A stretch of DNA of 64,000 nt from Chitinophagales bacterium (lineage in GTDB: Bacteria > Bacteroidota > Bacteroidia > Chitinophagales > CAVYQA01). The position numbers were made by a program, and so were the translations under genes. Location of the stretch: assembly GCA_963770495.1 (NCBI GenBank), contig CAVYQA010000025.1:1792-65791 (forward strand), written 5' to 3'. Shown piece by piece: positions 19,441-29,755 of this stretch (positions are counted from its first letter, which is position 1; the number at the start of each line of letters is the position of its first letter). The notes under the pieces are model-generated. The model was not told the origin of the DNA. It saw nothing but the letters and a program-made list of their open reading frames with translations, and ran no database searches.

Positions 19441-20646
19441 ATGAGCTTTAATGCCTACTATATTCTTATTTTTTTAAGCGGCGTGGTAATTATTTCTTAT
19501 TTGTTCGACCTGCTGGCAAGCCGCACCAAAATACCGTCTACTGTTATGCTGCTCGCCACAGGCATTGTGCTCAAGTTCGTTTGTGATTATTTTAATATCG
19601 CTCTTCCGCCCATGGACCGCTACCTGCAACTGTTCGGTATCATTGGGCTTATATTAATTGTGCTTGAAGGAACACTTGACCTTGAACTCAGCCGTGAAAA
19701 AGTGCCCATGATACTTAAATCGCTCGCCACAGCCCTATTCACCTTATTTTCTTCCTCATTTGCCATTGCCTATTTAATTCATTATTGGCTGCACGTACCC
19801 ATGCAAAGCTGCCTGGTAAATGCCATTCCAATGGCTATAACTAGCAGCGCTATTGCCATTCCGAGTGTGGCATCGCTGCATAAATCCAAAAGCGAATTTA
19901 TAGTTTACGAGGTAACCTTTTCCGACATACTCGGTATAATGATGTTCGATTTCGCCATTCAAAATACACGTCTTGACAGCGCTGCCTTTTTAAATTTAGG
20001 GCGTGACATAGGGATTATTATCACCATTTCCATTTTGTGTTGTATGCTATTTATATTTTTTATGGAACGTATTCAACACCATATAAAATTTTTCCTTATC
20101 ATTTCCCTGCTGGTGCTTGTTTATTCAATTGGCAAAACCATGAACCTCTCTTCGCTTATTCTCATTTTTGTTTTCGGAATTGCCATTAATAATCACAGGC
20201 TATATATCAGGGGAAAACTCATGAAGTTTTTAAGAGTGGAAAAAATTCAGGCGGAATTAACACAGTTAAAAATGATAACCGGCGAATCCGCCTTTCTCAT
20301 TCGCACTTTTTTCTTTATCATTTTCGGGTACTCTATTCATCTTGAGGTGCTGATGAACGTAAATGTATTACTGATTGGCGCCTGCATCATGGCGATAATT
20401 TTAATTGTGCGGCTTTTCTACCTGCCGTTTATTTCACGCTCAAATTTATTTCCGGCTGCTTTCATCGCCCCGCGCGGCTTGGTCACCATACTCCTGTTTT
20501 ATAACATACCTGCGCAATTTGCTATTCCCGAATTCGGAGCCGGTATTTTATTTTTTGTGGTGCTGGTTTCTTTATTAATTATGATGCTGGCTCTTATTGG
20601 CAGCCGCAATCGCCCGGTTGATACTATTACTGAAGAGCCATTGTAA
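19441..20646 (+). CDS. Cation:proton antiporter (CPA) family protein
   Basis: ~12 TM helices, TSSAIAIP, EVTFSDILG, PRGLVT. Confidence 0.88.
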   Translation: MSFNAYYILIFLSGVVIISYLFDLLASRTKIPSTVMLLATGIVLKFVCDYFNIALPPMDRYLQLFGIIGLILIVLEGTLDLELSREKVPMILKSLATALFTLFSSSFAIAYLIHYWLHVPMQSCLVNAIPMAITSSAIAIPSVASLHKSKSEFIVYEVTFSDILGIMMFDFAIQNTRLDSAAFLNLGRDIGIIITISILCCMLFIFFMERIQHHIKFFLIISLLVLVYSIGKTMNLSSLILIFVFGIAINNHRLYIRGKLMKFLRVEKIQAELTQLKMITGESAFLIRTFFFIIFGYSIHLEVLMNVNVLLIGACIMAIILIVRLFYLPFISRSNLFPAAFIAPRGLVTILLFYNIPAQFAIPEFGAGILFFVVLVSLLIMMLALIGSRNRPVDTITEEPL

Positions 20647-20681
20647 TTTTTATTATTTTTAGCTTCTCAAAACCACTAACT

Positions 20682-20990
20682 ATGAAATGGTATAACTATG
20701 TGCTTTGCTTCTTTGCAGGGCTGTTCATCGCCAACACAGTGCCGCACTTTATACATGGTATTTCCGGCGACCAATTCCCTACTCCATTTGCTACACCTCC
20801 CGGTAAAGGATTATCATCACCTACCGTTAATGTACTATGGGGTTTAACAAACCTGGTAATAGGTTATCTGCTTTACAGGGCAGGTAAAATATCGAAAACT
20901 AATTGGGGAACGATAATTATATTCTTTGCCGGAATTGCCGCCATGAGCATTATGCTTAGTTTCGTTTTTGCCGATAAAATGAAAGGGTAA
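20682..20990 (+). CDS. Small membrane protein
   Basis: 3 TM helices, NTVPHF..G..G..FPTPFA.PPG.GLSSP..NVLWG pattern. Confidence 0.75.
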   Translation: MKWYNYVLCFFAGLFIANTVPHFIHGISGDQFPTPFATPPGKGLSSPTVNVLWGLTNLVIGYLLYRAGKISKTNWGTIIIFFAGIAAMSIMLSFVFADKMKG

Positions 20991-21246
20991 TTTTTAAAAT
21001 ATATTATTATTTTGTTTTCAATTGTCTATCAATCCTGAGATTAACTTTTCGTCACTTTTCTCCTGAATTTTTATTCACACAGCGCAATATTTAATTAGGA
21101 ATTATGGAACACAAAAATTAGTTTTGTTTTTGCTTAATCAATAGATTGTTACTTTTTTATGTGCGTTAAAAATGAATCCATTGATTCAAAATAATAAGCT
21201 ATACTTTTCAATATAAATTTCAACTTAACCCAAAAAATCAACTTAC

Positions 21247-24200
21247 ATGAAATCACAGTTTCTACAATCCGTTGTAGGATTATGTATTGGCGTCTTCCTG
21301 AGTACGGGAACACTCTATGCCCAGATTATTCCTACAAAAATTAATTACAGCACACCGTTAGTCGTTAATTTTAAACAATTAGCCGATTACCAGTTATTAC
21401 ACACGGGAAAAACTCATCGCAGCATAGAGCAGGGTGAAGACAGGGATAAGGATTTTAAATTTATTCCTAAACCGGTTCCTGCAGATGCAGTTACTTTTCC
21501 TGTAACACTGCCGGCTGTTTCATCGCGCGCTACCTCTCCTGCCCCTACCGCATCATTTAACGGCGTAGAGGATAATGGTACATTAATACCACCCGATATT
21601 GAAGCGGCTGCCGTTCCCACTTACGTGCTTGAAACCACTAATCAGCAATTTAATATTTATACTAAAACAGGTACCTTACAAAGCACACTTACCATTACTA
21701 CGCTATTGTCACCAACCGGAGGCAGTGGATTTTTTGACCCTCATGTTGAGTACGACGCTAATGGCGGCAGGTTTATTATTGCATTGGACGGAACCTACTC
21801 TAATGGCGACGGCGGCATATTCATTGCCGTTTCGCAAACCAGCGACCCAACGGGTAACTGGTATGTTTACTCCTTCGATGGCATTGGCGACAAAACCGAT
21901 TTCTTGGATTTCCCTATGCTTGGTTTTAATGCCAACTGGATTGTAGTTACCGGCAATGATTTTATTAAAGGCAGCAGTCCTGTTTATGCAAAAATATATG
22001 TATTAAACAAAGCTGACCTTTATAGCGGCACTGAAGGCACTGTAACCACATTTACCGACGAAAGCTCATTTAGTGTTTGCCCCGCACAAACCAATGATAA
22101 TTCCCAAACTACCGAATACCTTGTAGAGGACTGGAACGGTAATTCCGGCGGAAGCGGCTATGTGCGTTTAGCTACTGTAACCGGAGCGGTATCATCACCC
22201 GCTTATGCATTGGGAAGTACGCTGGGAGTAACTTCTCCATGGAGTGAAACCGACATTAATGCTAAACAAGAAGGAAATTCAAATGCTATTAATACCGATG
22301 ATACAAGAATAGACTATGCAGTGGTAAGCAACGGTTCAATGTGGTTCAGCCACACTGCATTTTTGCCCGCTACATCACCCACTTACAGCGGGGTTGACTG
22401 GTGGGAGATAAACCCTGCCACTCCATCAGTTACACAATACGGACGTTTGGCAGTAAGCGGTACATTTTATTATTATCCCTGCATTAATGTAAATAGTAAT
22501 GGCGATGCTTTGTTAGACTATAGTGTTTCTTCATCTACGCAATATGCCGGTTCAGCCTATGCTTTCCACGCTTCATCTGATGCAGCCAATACTATGGAAG
22601 GTGGTTATGTATTTAAAGCGGGTGTAGCAGGATATTACAAAACCTACGGCAGCGGGCGCAACCGTTGGGGAGATTTCAGCGGTGTTGCCGTTGACCCGGC
22701 AAATAATTCGTTCTGGGCTTCCAATGAATGGGCAAATACAAGCAACGATTGGGCAACAGCCCTTGCAAATGTTCCGCCGAGTTCATCGTGCACTGTTGCA
22801 ACCGGTGAAACAACATCGAATATTGGAACAGACTCTGCCACCTTTTCATGGGCGGCAGTTTCAGGGGCAGCAAGCTACAACGTGCAATACCAGGTTGTAG
22901 GCGCTTCCACATGGACATCTGCTTCAACCACTTCAACATCATATAAAGTCACCGGTTTAACACCGGGTACAAATTACGCATGGCAGGTACAAACTGTTTG
23001 CTCTGCGGGCGGCTCATCTGCTTTCAGCAGTTCAACAGATTTTACTACCACCACTCCGCCTTGCAGTTTAGCTACAGGTATGGGTACAACCAACATAGCA
23101 AACAATTCTGCTACTTTTGGATGGACAGCAGTTTCGGGTGCTTCAAGCTACAATGTGCAATACCAGGTGGTAGGCGCTTCCACATGGTCTACAGGAACAA
23201 CATCAACCAATTCATATAATGCGAGTGGTTTAACAGCGGGAACAAATTACGCATGGCAGGTGCAAACCGTTTGTTCTGATGGCGGCTCATCGGCATATAC
23301 GGCATCAACCGATTTTACCACAACAGGCACTGCGCCATGCAATGCTCCCACAGGCATGACCACCGGAAGTATTACTGCTTCTTCCGCCACGCTATCATGG
23401 GGAGCAGTATCGGGAGCAGCAAGTTACAATATGCAATACCAGGTTGTAGGCGCATCCACATGGACAACCGCTTCAACCACTTCAACATCATATCCTATCA
23501 GCGGTTTAACAGCCTCTACAAATTACGCATGGCAGGTTCAAACCGTTTGCTCCGGCGGCGGAACATCATCATTTACGGCTTCTACAGACTTTACAACCCC
23601 GGCAGCTGTTAGTTATTGCTCTTCAAAAGGCTCAACAGCTTCAGAGTATATTCATATTGTAAAAGCTAACACCATTAGCAACACCGTGAGCAATGATGGA
23701 GGCTATGGCAATTACACCAACCTTAGCACCAATATTACAGCAGGTGTCGGGTTTAGTGTATCAGTTTCTCCCGGATTCAAAAGCACTACTTATACAGAAG
23801 CCTGGACTATTTTTATTGATTACAACCACACCGGCACTTTTGAATTGATTGCAGAAGGAAGAAGTACAGGAACAGTTTCGGGCACCATTAGTGTTCCGAG
23901 CACCTCTGTTAACGGCAGCACAAGAATGAGAATTGTAATGCACCGCAGCACTTATGAAACCAATGCTTGCGCCACATTCACTAATGGCGATGTGCAGGAT
24001 TACACGGTTAATATAAGTGGAGGCACAGCGTCACCTGTTTATGCAGATGATGGTAACACCAACGCTGTTACAACATTAACGGGTAATAACGACGTTGAAG
24101 CCGTATTGTATCCAAACCCAACCAATAATATGGTAACTGTTCATTACACCAATCCAAATAACACCAATGTAAAAATTGAAGTTATTTCAGTTACGGGTCA

Positions 24201-24339
24201 GGTTGTGTTAACAACACTTCCGCAAGATAATGTTCAGGATGTTCAATTGAATGTTGCTGAATTGCCGGCAGGTGTTTACTTTGTTCGCACAATTATTGGC
24301 GATGATAATGTACTTATAAATAAGCTGGTTAAAGAATAA
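21247..24339 (+). CDS. T9SS cargo: PPD-motif propeller domain + 3x FN3 + GEVED + CTD
   Basis: PPD.../RWGDFS domain, three near-identical FN3 repeats (NYAWQVQTVC), GDVQDY, LYPNPT...KLVKE. Confidence 0.9.
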   Translation: MKSQFLQSVVGLCIGVFLSTGTLYAQIIPTKINYSTPLVVNFKQLADYQLLHTGKTHRSIEQGEDRDKDFKFIPKPVPADAVTFPVTLPAVSSRATSPAPTASFNGVEDNGTLIPPDIEAAAVPTYVLETTNQQFNIYTKTGTLQSTLTITTLLSPTGGSGFFDPHVEYDANGGRFIIALDGTYSNGDGGIFIAVSQTSDPTGNWYVYSFDGIGDKTDFLDFPMLGFNANWIVVTGNDFIKGSSPVYAKIYVLNKADLYSGTEGTVTTFTDESSFSVCPAQTNDNSQTTEYLVEDWNGNSGGSGYVRLATVTGAVSSPAYALGSTLGVTSPWSETDINAKQEGNSNAINTDDTRIDYAVVSNGSMWFSHTAFLPATSPTYSGVDWWEINPATPSVTQYGRLAVSGTFYYYPCINVNSNGDALLDYSVSSSTQYAGSAYAFHASSDAANTMEGGYVFKAGVAGYYKTYGSGRNRWGDFSGVAVDPANNSFWASNEWANTSNDWATALANVPPSSSCTVATGETTSNIGTDSATFSWAAVSGAASYNVQYQVVGASTWTSASTTSTSYKVTGLTPGTNYAWQVQTVCSAGGSSAFSSSTDFTTTTPPCSLATGMGTTNIANNSATFGWTAVSGASSYNVQYQVVGASTWSTGTTSTNSYNASGLTAGTNYAWQVQTVCSDGGSSAYTASTDFTTTGTAPCNAPTGMTTGSITASSATLSWGAVSGAASYNMQYQVVGASTWTTASTTSTSYPISGLTASTNYAWQVQTVCSGGGTSSFTASTDFTTPAAVSYCSSKGSTASEYIHIVKANTISNTVSNDGGYGNYTNLSTNITAGVGFSVSVSPGFKSTTYTEAWTIFIDYNHTGTFELIAEGRSTGTVSGTISVPSTSVNGSTRMRIVMHRSTYETNACATFTNGDVQDYTVNISGGTASPVYADDGNTNAVTTLTGNNDVEAVLYPNPTNNMVTVHYTNPNNTNVKIEVISVTGQVVLTTLPQDNVQDVQLNVAELPAGVYFVRTIIGDDNVLINKLVKE

Positions 24340-24368
24340 CTAATCAGCTAAGAGGTAAAACCCCTAAT

Positions 24369-24404
24369 GCAAAAAGCCCTGCTTCGGCGGGGCTTTTGCT
24401 TTTT
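24369..24404 (+). terminator. Intrinsic terminator
   Basis: AAAAGCCCTGC-TTCG-GCGGGGCTTTT followed by a T-run. Confidence 0.85.
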
Positions 24405-24418
24405 ACTAATTACCATAA

Positions 24419-24486
24419 ATATGACTAAAATCATATTCATTAATGATATTCCTCATTTTTTTGATTACCCTACCCAAATAGTTTTG
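24419..24486 (+). promoter_or_regulatory. Two ATGA-N6-TCAT palindromes (Crp/Fnr-like boxes) plus -33/-7 promoter of oxidase operon
   Basis: ATATGA-CTAAAA-TCATAT (24419), AATGA-TATTCC-TCATT (24442), TTTG ~24460, TAGTTTTG 24479. Confidence 0.65.
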
Positions 24487-24503
24487 CCGTCGAATTAAAA
24501 AAC

Positions 24504-24716
24504 ATGAAACACTCAACCAGAGATACAAAAGAATCCAAAAGCAAATTATTAAACACAGAAAAAGAAAAAGCCTACCTGATTGATGCACAAATTGCAAAAG
24601 AATTTTTATATGAGCTTAACCTGCTGGAACATGGATGCCGTTGCGGTGGCGCTTGCAAAAAGGAAGGGCATAGGCACAAAGACAAAGAATGCAATCATCA
24701 AACTCATAAAAACTAA
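24504..24716 (+). CDS. Small Cys/His-rich protein leading the ba3 oxidase operon
   Basis: HGCRCGGAC...HRH..ECNH; directly after the promoter, 5 bp before subunit IIa. Confidence 0.6.
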   Translation: MKHSTRDTKESKSKLLNTEKEKAYLIDAQIAKEFLYELNLLEHGCRCGGACKKEGHRHKDKECNHQTHKN

Positions 24717-24721
24717 CGATT

Positions 24722-24853
24722 ATGGAAGATAATAAAACCAATGAAGAAAAATTTGTACCAAAGGGGGCTATTGCCTTCTTTATTTTATTAATACTGCTTG
24801 GCGGTGCAATATGGTATGGTGTGTTTTTTTTAATGTTATCAAGAACGGCTTAA
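24722..24853 (+). CDS. ba3-type cytochrome c oxidase subunit IIa (CbaD-like), 43 aa, not in ORF track
   Basis: MEDNKTNEEKFVPKGAIAFFILLILLGGAIWYGVFFLMLSRTA; PKGA..single TM..W...F...R pattern of subunit IIa; sits before subunit II. Confidence 0.85.
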   Translation: MEDNKTNEEKFVPKGAIAFFILLILLGGAIWYGVFFLMLSRTA

Positions 24854-24865
24854 AAACTATTTATT

Positions 24866-25318
24866 ATGGACAAACTTGAAATCAGAATCATAGTAGTTAC
24901 AGGTCTTTTACTCGCCTCTTTTTTATTTTCAGTATTATGGGCGCTCGATAAGCGGCATATTGATGTGCCCGCCTGTATTCCTTATGACAGCAAATATGCC
25001 ACATCAAAAATCACGCAGCTCGATTCTAATACCTACCAGGTATATGTAGTTGCAAGAATGTGGCAGTTCGACCCGCCGGAAATTGATGTGCCCGTGGGAA
25101 GCACTGTTGATTTTTATCTTACCAGTAAAGATGTGACCCACGGATTTAATATTGCCGACAAAAGCGTGAATATGATGGCGGTTTATGGTGGTATTACTGA
25201 AACCACGGTTCATTTTGATAAGCCCGGTACGTATAGTATTCTATGTCATGAATACTGCGGCGCCGGGCATCAGAGTATGACAGGGAAGGTAGTAGTTTCT
25301 CCAAAAAAACAAAAATAA
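24866..25318 (+). CDS. cbaB: ba3-type cytochrome c oxidase subunit II
   Basis: Single TM, DVTHGF, CuA motif CHEYCGAGHQSM. Confidence 0.92.
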   Translation: MDKLEIRIIVVTGLLLASFLFSVLWALDKRHIDVPACIPYDSKYATSKITQLDSNTYQVYVVARMWQFDPPEIDVPVGSTVDFYLTSKDVTHGFNIADKSVNMMAVYGGITETTVHFDKPGTYSILCHEYCGAGHQSMTGKVVVSPKKQK

Positions 25319-25324
25319 TACACC

Positions 25325-26997
25325 ATGAAAATAAGTAAACCACTCCGTTTTGTAATTCTGTTTGAATTATTCTTCCCCGCAGTGCTGCTTATACTCGGCA
25401 TTTATCACGGGTTAATGCAAACCATTTACCGCTGGGGCTTATTCACTCGGCTGCCGAGGTGCATCTTGATTATTACCAGGGGCTAACGTTGCATGGTGTA
25501 ATAAATGCCATTGTATTAACTACATTTTTCGCTGTTGCTTTCGGTCATGCCATAATGGCTTACTACCTGAAAAAAGAACCCGGTATACGATTAGTGCAAC
25601 TCTCTTTAATTCTTATGACAGTGGGAACATTGCTGGCAGCGTGGGCAATGTTGTCGGGAAATGCTTCGGTGTTGTATACTTTTTATCCCCCGTTAAGGGC
25701 TGATCCCATATTTTATATTGGAGCTGTATTGTTAATTGTTGGTTCATGGGTGGCATTTTGGGCTTGGATAAGTTTGTATATCGGCTGGCGTAAAGAACAT
25801 AAAACCGAGAAAATACCTTTAGCGGTTTTAGGCAACATGGTAAACTTTACGGTTTGGCAGGTATGTACACTTTCCGTGGCAACAGAGGTGCTTGTATTCA
25901 TTCTTCCCTGGTCTATGGGATGGACGCACACTATTAATATTCCTCTTTGCCGCACCTTATTCTGGTTTTTCGGTCACCCATTAGTGTATTTCTGGTTATT
26001 GCCGTCTTATATCATGTTTTATACCTTTCTGCCTAAACTGGCCGGTGGAAAATTATACTCAGGCGTTGCCGGACGGTTTAGCTTTATGTTGTTTATAATC
26101 CTGTCCATTCCTGTGGGAGTGCATCACCAGTTTGGCGAACCGGGGCTTCTTCCTTCAACCAGGATGTTCCAGACTATTTTAACCTTCGCCATTACTTTAC
26201 CGAGTTTTATAACCGCATTTACCATAGCCGCAACATTAGAATACGCCGGCAGGCTGCGGGGGTCAAAAGGATTATTCGGCTGGGTGGCCAGATTGCCTTA
26301 CCTAGATACTAATAATTTTTTATTCAGTTATTTAATCTGCGGGCTCATTCTTTTCATTTTCGGCGGGCTCACCGGAATGGTTAATGCATCGTATTCATTA
26401 AATAGTATGGTGCATAATACGTCGTGGGTGCCGGGGCATTTCCACATGACGGTGGCAGGTCCCGTTTTTCTTGCAATTTTAGGAATGACTTTATACTTAA
26501 CTTCAAAACTTACCGGCAAACCTGTTCGCTTTAAGAATCTTAGTGTAATGGTTCCTTACTTATGGATGATTGGAATGCTCATTTTCTCTTACGGTTTAAT
26601 GTCGGGCGGTTTAATAGGCGAGCCGCGCCGTACCAACCTCGGATTAACTTATCTTAATCCCGCAAGCTCTCAATACAGACCCGATTGGATACCTTCTACG
26701 GCACTTGCATTAGTGGGCGGCACAATCATGACCATTTCTGCTTTATCTTTTTTCATTACGTTTTTTGGAACGGTATTCAGCAAAAAGAAGGAAGAACCCA
26801 TTCTTGAATTTCCTGAATCGGAGTTATTACATGAGGAGCCGACGATTAGTATATTAAACAGATTTACGCCATGGATTATTGTAATGTTTATTGTGCTTCT
26901 GCTTGCTTATGTGCCTGCTATAATGAGCATCATGAAATATATCGGTCCCGGAGCCCAGCCGTTTTCTCCTGATAATCCCATTCCTATGACATTCTGA
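25325..26997 (+). CDS. cbaA: ba3-type (B-family) heme-copper oxidase subunit I; frameshift near 25432
   Basis: YYQGLTLHG, FWFFGHPLVYFW, GVHHQF, VHNTSWVPGHFH, PRR; N-terminus MKISKPLRF starts at 25325 in another frame. Confidence 0.92.
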
Positions 26998-27008
26998 TAG
27001 TATAAGAA

Positions 27009-27722
27009 ATGGCACAAAATATTTCATATAACGAACACGATGCAGGGGCGCAAGCCAAAACTGAAATTCAAAAAAAGACTTTCCTTGCCGACACGCACGT
27101 ATTCATTTATTTCGCTTCGATTGTTTTAATTGCAACCTTATCCTATGGGGTAGTCCACTGGTATCAAAATAATAAAGCCGGGCTTCCTTTTTATGGCGAC
27201 AATGGTAAAATTAATTCCGCCAATGCCCATTTTATTGTGCCGCAGTTTTCATTCACCAACCAGGACGGGCAAACGATTACTTCTTCATTTATAAAAAATA
27301 AAATTTGGGTGGCTGATTATTTTTTCACCAGTTGCGGCAGCAGTTGTCCTAAGCTGACCAAATCATTAAAAACAATTCAAACAGAATTTAAGAGTGATGA
27401 TAATGTGCGGCTCCTCTCCTTTTCTGTAGACCCCCAACATGATACTCCCCAGCGGTTAACTTCCTACGCAAAACAGTTTGACGCGACAATAGGACAATGG
27501 CAGTTTTTAACCGGCGAAAAAACGGAGCTCTATCGTTTTGCGCGCAATGGTTTATTTATAACCGCTGCTATGGGAGATGGCGGTGAAAATGATTTTATAC
27601 ACAGTTCAAGTTTGGTGCTGATGGATAAAGACGGGCATATTCGCGGCTATTACGACGGAACAAGCAACGGCGATGTGCGGCAGCTTATAAAAGATATAAA
27701 ACGGTTAGAGAAAAATAATTAA
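27009..27722 (+). CDS. SCO family copper chaperone
   Basis: FFTSCGSSCP (CxxxC), SVDP..DT, FIHS, IRGYYDG. Confidence 0.92.
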   Translation: MAQNISYNEHDAGAQAKTEIQKKTFLADTHVFIYFASIVLIATLSYGVVHWYQNNKAGLPFYGDNGKINSANAHFIVPQFSFTNQDGQTITSSFIKNKIWVADYFFTSCGSSCPKLTKSLKTIQTEFKSDDNVRLLSFSVDPQHDTPQRLTSYAKQFDATIGQWQFLTGEKTELYRFARNGLFITAAMGDGGENDFIHSSSLVLMDKDGHIRGYYDGTSNGDVRQLIKDIKRLEKNN

Positions 27723-27734
27723 AATATAATTTAT

Positions 27735-28286
27735 ATGCGTAACACAATTTTTATTGCACTCATTTTAGCAGCAGCCATGATGCGCACTACATCATTACAG
27801 GCGGCAAATGCCGATGACGGCAAAAAACTTTTCATCAGCCATTGTTCGAGCTGCCACATGATTGGACAGCGATTGGTAGGTCCCGCTTTGAAAGACGTGT
27901 ATAAATCGCAAAGTGAGGATTGGATAATTTCATTTGTGCATTCTCCCGTAAAAAAAATTAACAGCGGCGACACCACAGCAGCTAATTTAGCCAAACGTTT
28001 TGCACCGATTATAATGCCCGACCAGGTTGATTTAAATGACAACCAGATTAGAGATATTATTGCTTATGTTAAGGCGCAAAGCGAAATGATTGCCACTGCT
28101 GCACCTGCCGCTGCTCCAGTTGTTGCTTCTACTGCTGCCGCCTCCGGTTATGCACCTGTTACCTGGCTCGACTATTGGTTCTGGTGCGGCTTAGCCACGC
28201 TTATTGCTCTTTTATTGTATGGCTTGGTTATTCTCGAGCGCGCTTACAAAGCAAAGCAAGACTATTTACTGTCGAAGAATAAATAA
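27735..28286 (+). CDS. Membrane-anchored class I cytochrome c
   Basis: Signal peptide, CSSCH, VGPAL, axial Met IMP, C-terminal TM. Confidence 0.9.
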   Translation: MRNTIFIALILAAAMMRTTSLQAANADDGKKLFISHCSSCHMIGQRLVGPALKDVYKSQSEDWIISFVHSPVKKINSGDTTAANLAKRFAPIIMPDQVDLNDNQIRDIIAYVKAQSEMIATAAPAAAPVVASTAAASGYAPVTWLDYWFWCGLATLIALLLYGLVILERAYKAKQDYLLSKNK

Positions 28287-28554
28287 AAGTTAGTTTACAA
28301 TATTACATAATATAATCCTGAAAATTATTGACACCTGCCAATAATTTCAAATCGCCATATACACTTTGTCTATCTTTTTCCTATTTTTAAACCCATCATA
28401 CGTTATTTGATATTAAAAGCTTATTAAAGAATTGAATATATAAATAATCTAATATTTTGGCTATCAACATAATATAAGTATATAAAATTGTAGGCAAGGA
28501 ATTTGCATAATATACGACATTAGCAAAAGTCTAATTAGTAAAATTTATAAAACG

Positions 28555-29712
28555 ATGAAAACTCTATTGAAAGTTTTAACAGTAACAGTGGCGCTTTACA
28601 TGGGCAATTTAATTGTGCCACAAAAAGCACAGGCACAAGTAAGTTTCCAGGTATTTTATGATGGACTAAGCCCTTACGGCACGTGGGTCACTGACCCGAC
28701 CTACGGTTATGTGTGGGTGCCAAATGCCGGCGCCGATTTTACGCCTTACGGCACTAACGGGCATTGGGTATTAACTGATGCCGGATGGACGTGGGTGTCG
28801 GATTATCCGTGGGGATGGGCGCCTTTTCACTATGGGCGCTGGTATTATGATGCTACTTATGGATGGATTTGGGTGCCTGATACCGTGTGGGGTCCTGCCT
28901 GGGTTTCGTGGAGAGTGGGCGGCGGTTGCTATGGATGGACACCGTCCTGGGTCCCCGGAATAGGCATTGGCGTTGACTTTTATGCTCCGCCCGATAGATG
29001 GCTGTTCTGTGACCAGGCGCATTTTTGTGACCCTTATGTTTACCGTTATTATTTACCGAGAGGAAATTATGCAACTATTTATGCAAGAACTACAGTAATC
29101 GGCGGCACCTATGCAGATGCAGGGCGTCATGCTACTTACTATTACGGTCCAAGAAGAGATGATGTGGAACGGGTGACACATACAACTATACGACCTGTTG
29201 CCATACGCGAAAGCTCAAGAGAGGAAAAGTCATCTGTAAGCGGCGGGGCGCTTACTATCTACAGACCTGCCGTACAAAAAACAGCTAATGGAGCAAGACC
29301 AGCACCCACACATGTAGCAACATTGAGAGATGTGAAACCTGTTGCTCAAAAAAGTGGTACTGTTGCAACGCCAGCCCGCGGTCAAACCACGCGCACCGGT
29401 GCAACACATCCGGTATCGGCATTGCCAAACGCTAATCGCGCTCAACATACTACGAACGTACCTATCAGCAAGCCACAGTATCAACCTGCCACACAGTATC
29501 CGGCGCCTTATACGGTACATCCGGCTAAAACCCAACCTGCTGCTGCACCGCAGAGAAGCGCGTCTCCACAACGAAGTGCAACGCCTTCACGCAGTGCCGC
29601 TCCGCAGCACAGTGCAGCACCTGCCCACAGCGCGGCGCCGCAACGGAGTGCAACTCCCCAGCGAAGCGCACCCGCAAAGCAAGGCGGAGGAAAAAAGCCG
29701 GGGGGCAGATAA
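28555..29712 (+). CDS. DUF6600-like secreted Trp/Pro-rich protein with low-complexity tail
   Basis: FYDGLSPYGTW, WGWAPFHYGRW, WGPAWVSWR; PQRSA repeats. Confidence 0.85.
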   Translation: MKTLLKVLTVTVALYMGNLIVPQKAQAQVSFQVFYDGLSPYGTWVTDPTYGYVWVPNAGADFTPYGTNGHWVLTDAGWTWVSDYPWGWAPFHYGRWYYDATYGWIWVPDTVWGPAWVSWRVGGGCYGWTPSWVPGIGIGVDFYAPPDRWLFCDQAHFCDPYVYRYYLPRGNYATIYARTTVIGGTYADAGRHATYYYGPRRDDVERVTHTTIRPVAIRESSREEKSSVSGGALTIYRPAVQKTANGARPAPTHVATLRDVKPVAQKSGTVATPARGQTTRTGATHPVSALPNANRAQHTTNVPISKPQYQPATQYPAPYTVHPAKTQPAAAPQRSASPQRSATPSRSAAPQHSAAPAHSAAPQRSATPQRSAPAKQGGGKKPGGR

Positions 29713-29755
29713 TACTTACTGCAAAAGTCTTTCATATTTATGAAAACTATAATTA

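Noticed and set aside
22790-23600. ~280-bp direct repeats as CRISPR or DGR template/variable repeats
   Set aside because: In-frame FN3 domain repeats; no spacers, no reverse transcriptase or cas gene, and differences are not adenine-specific
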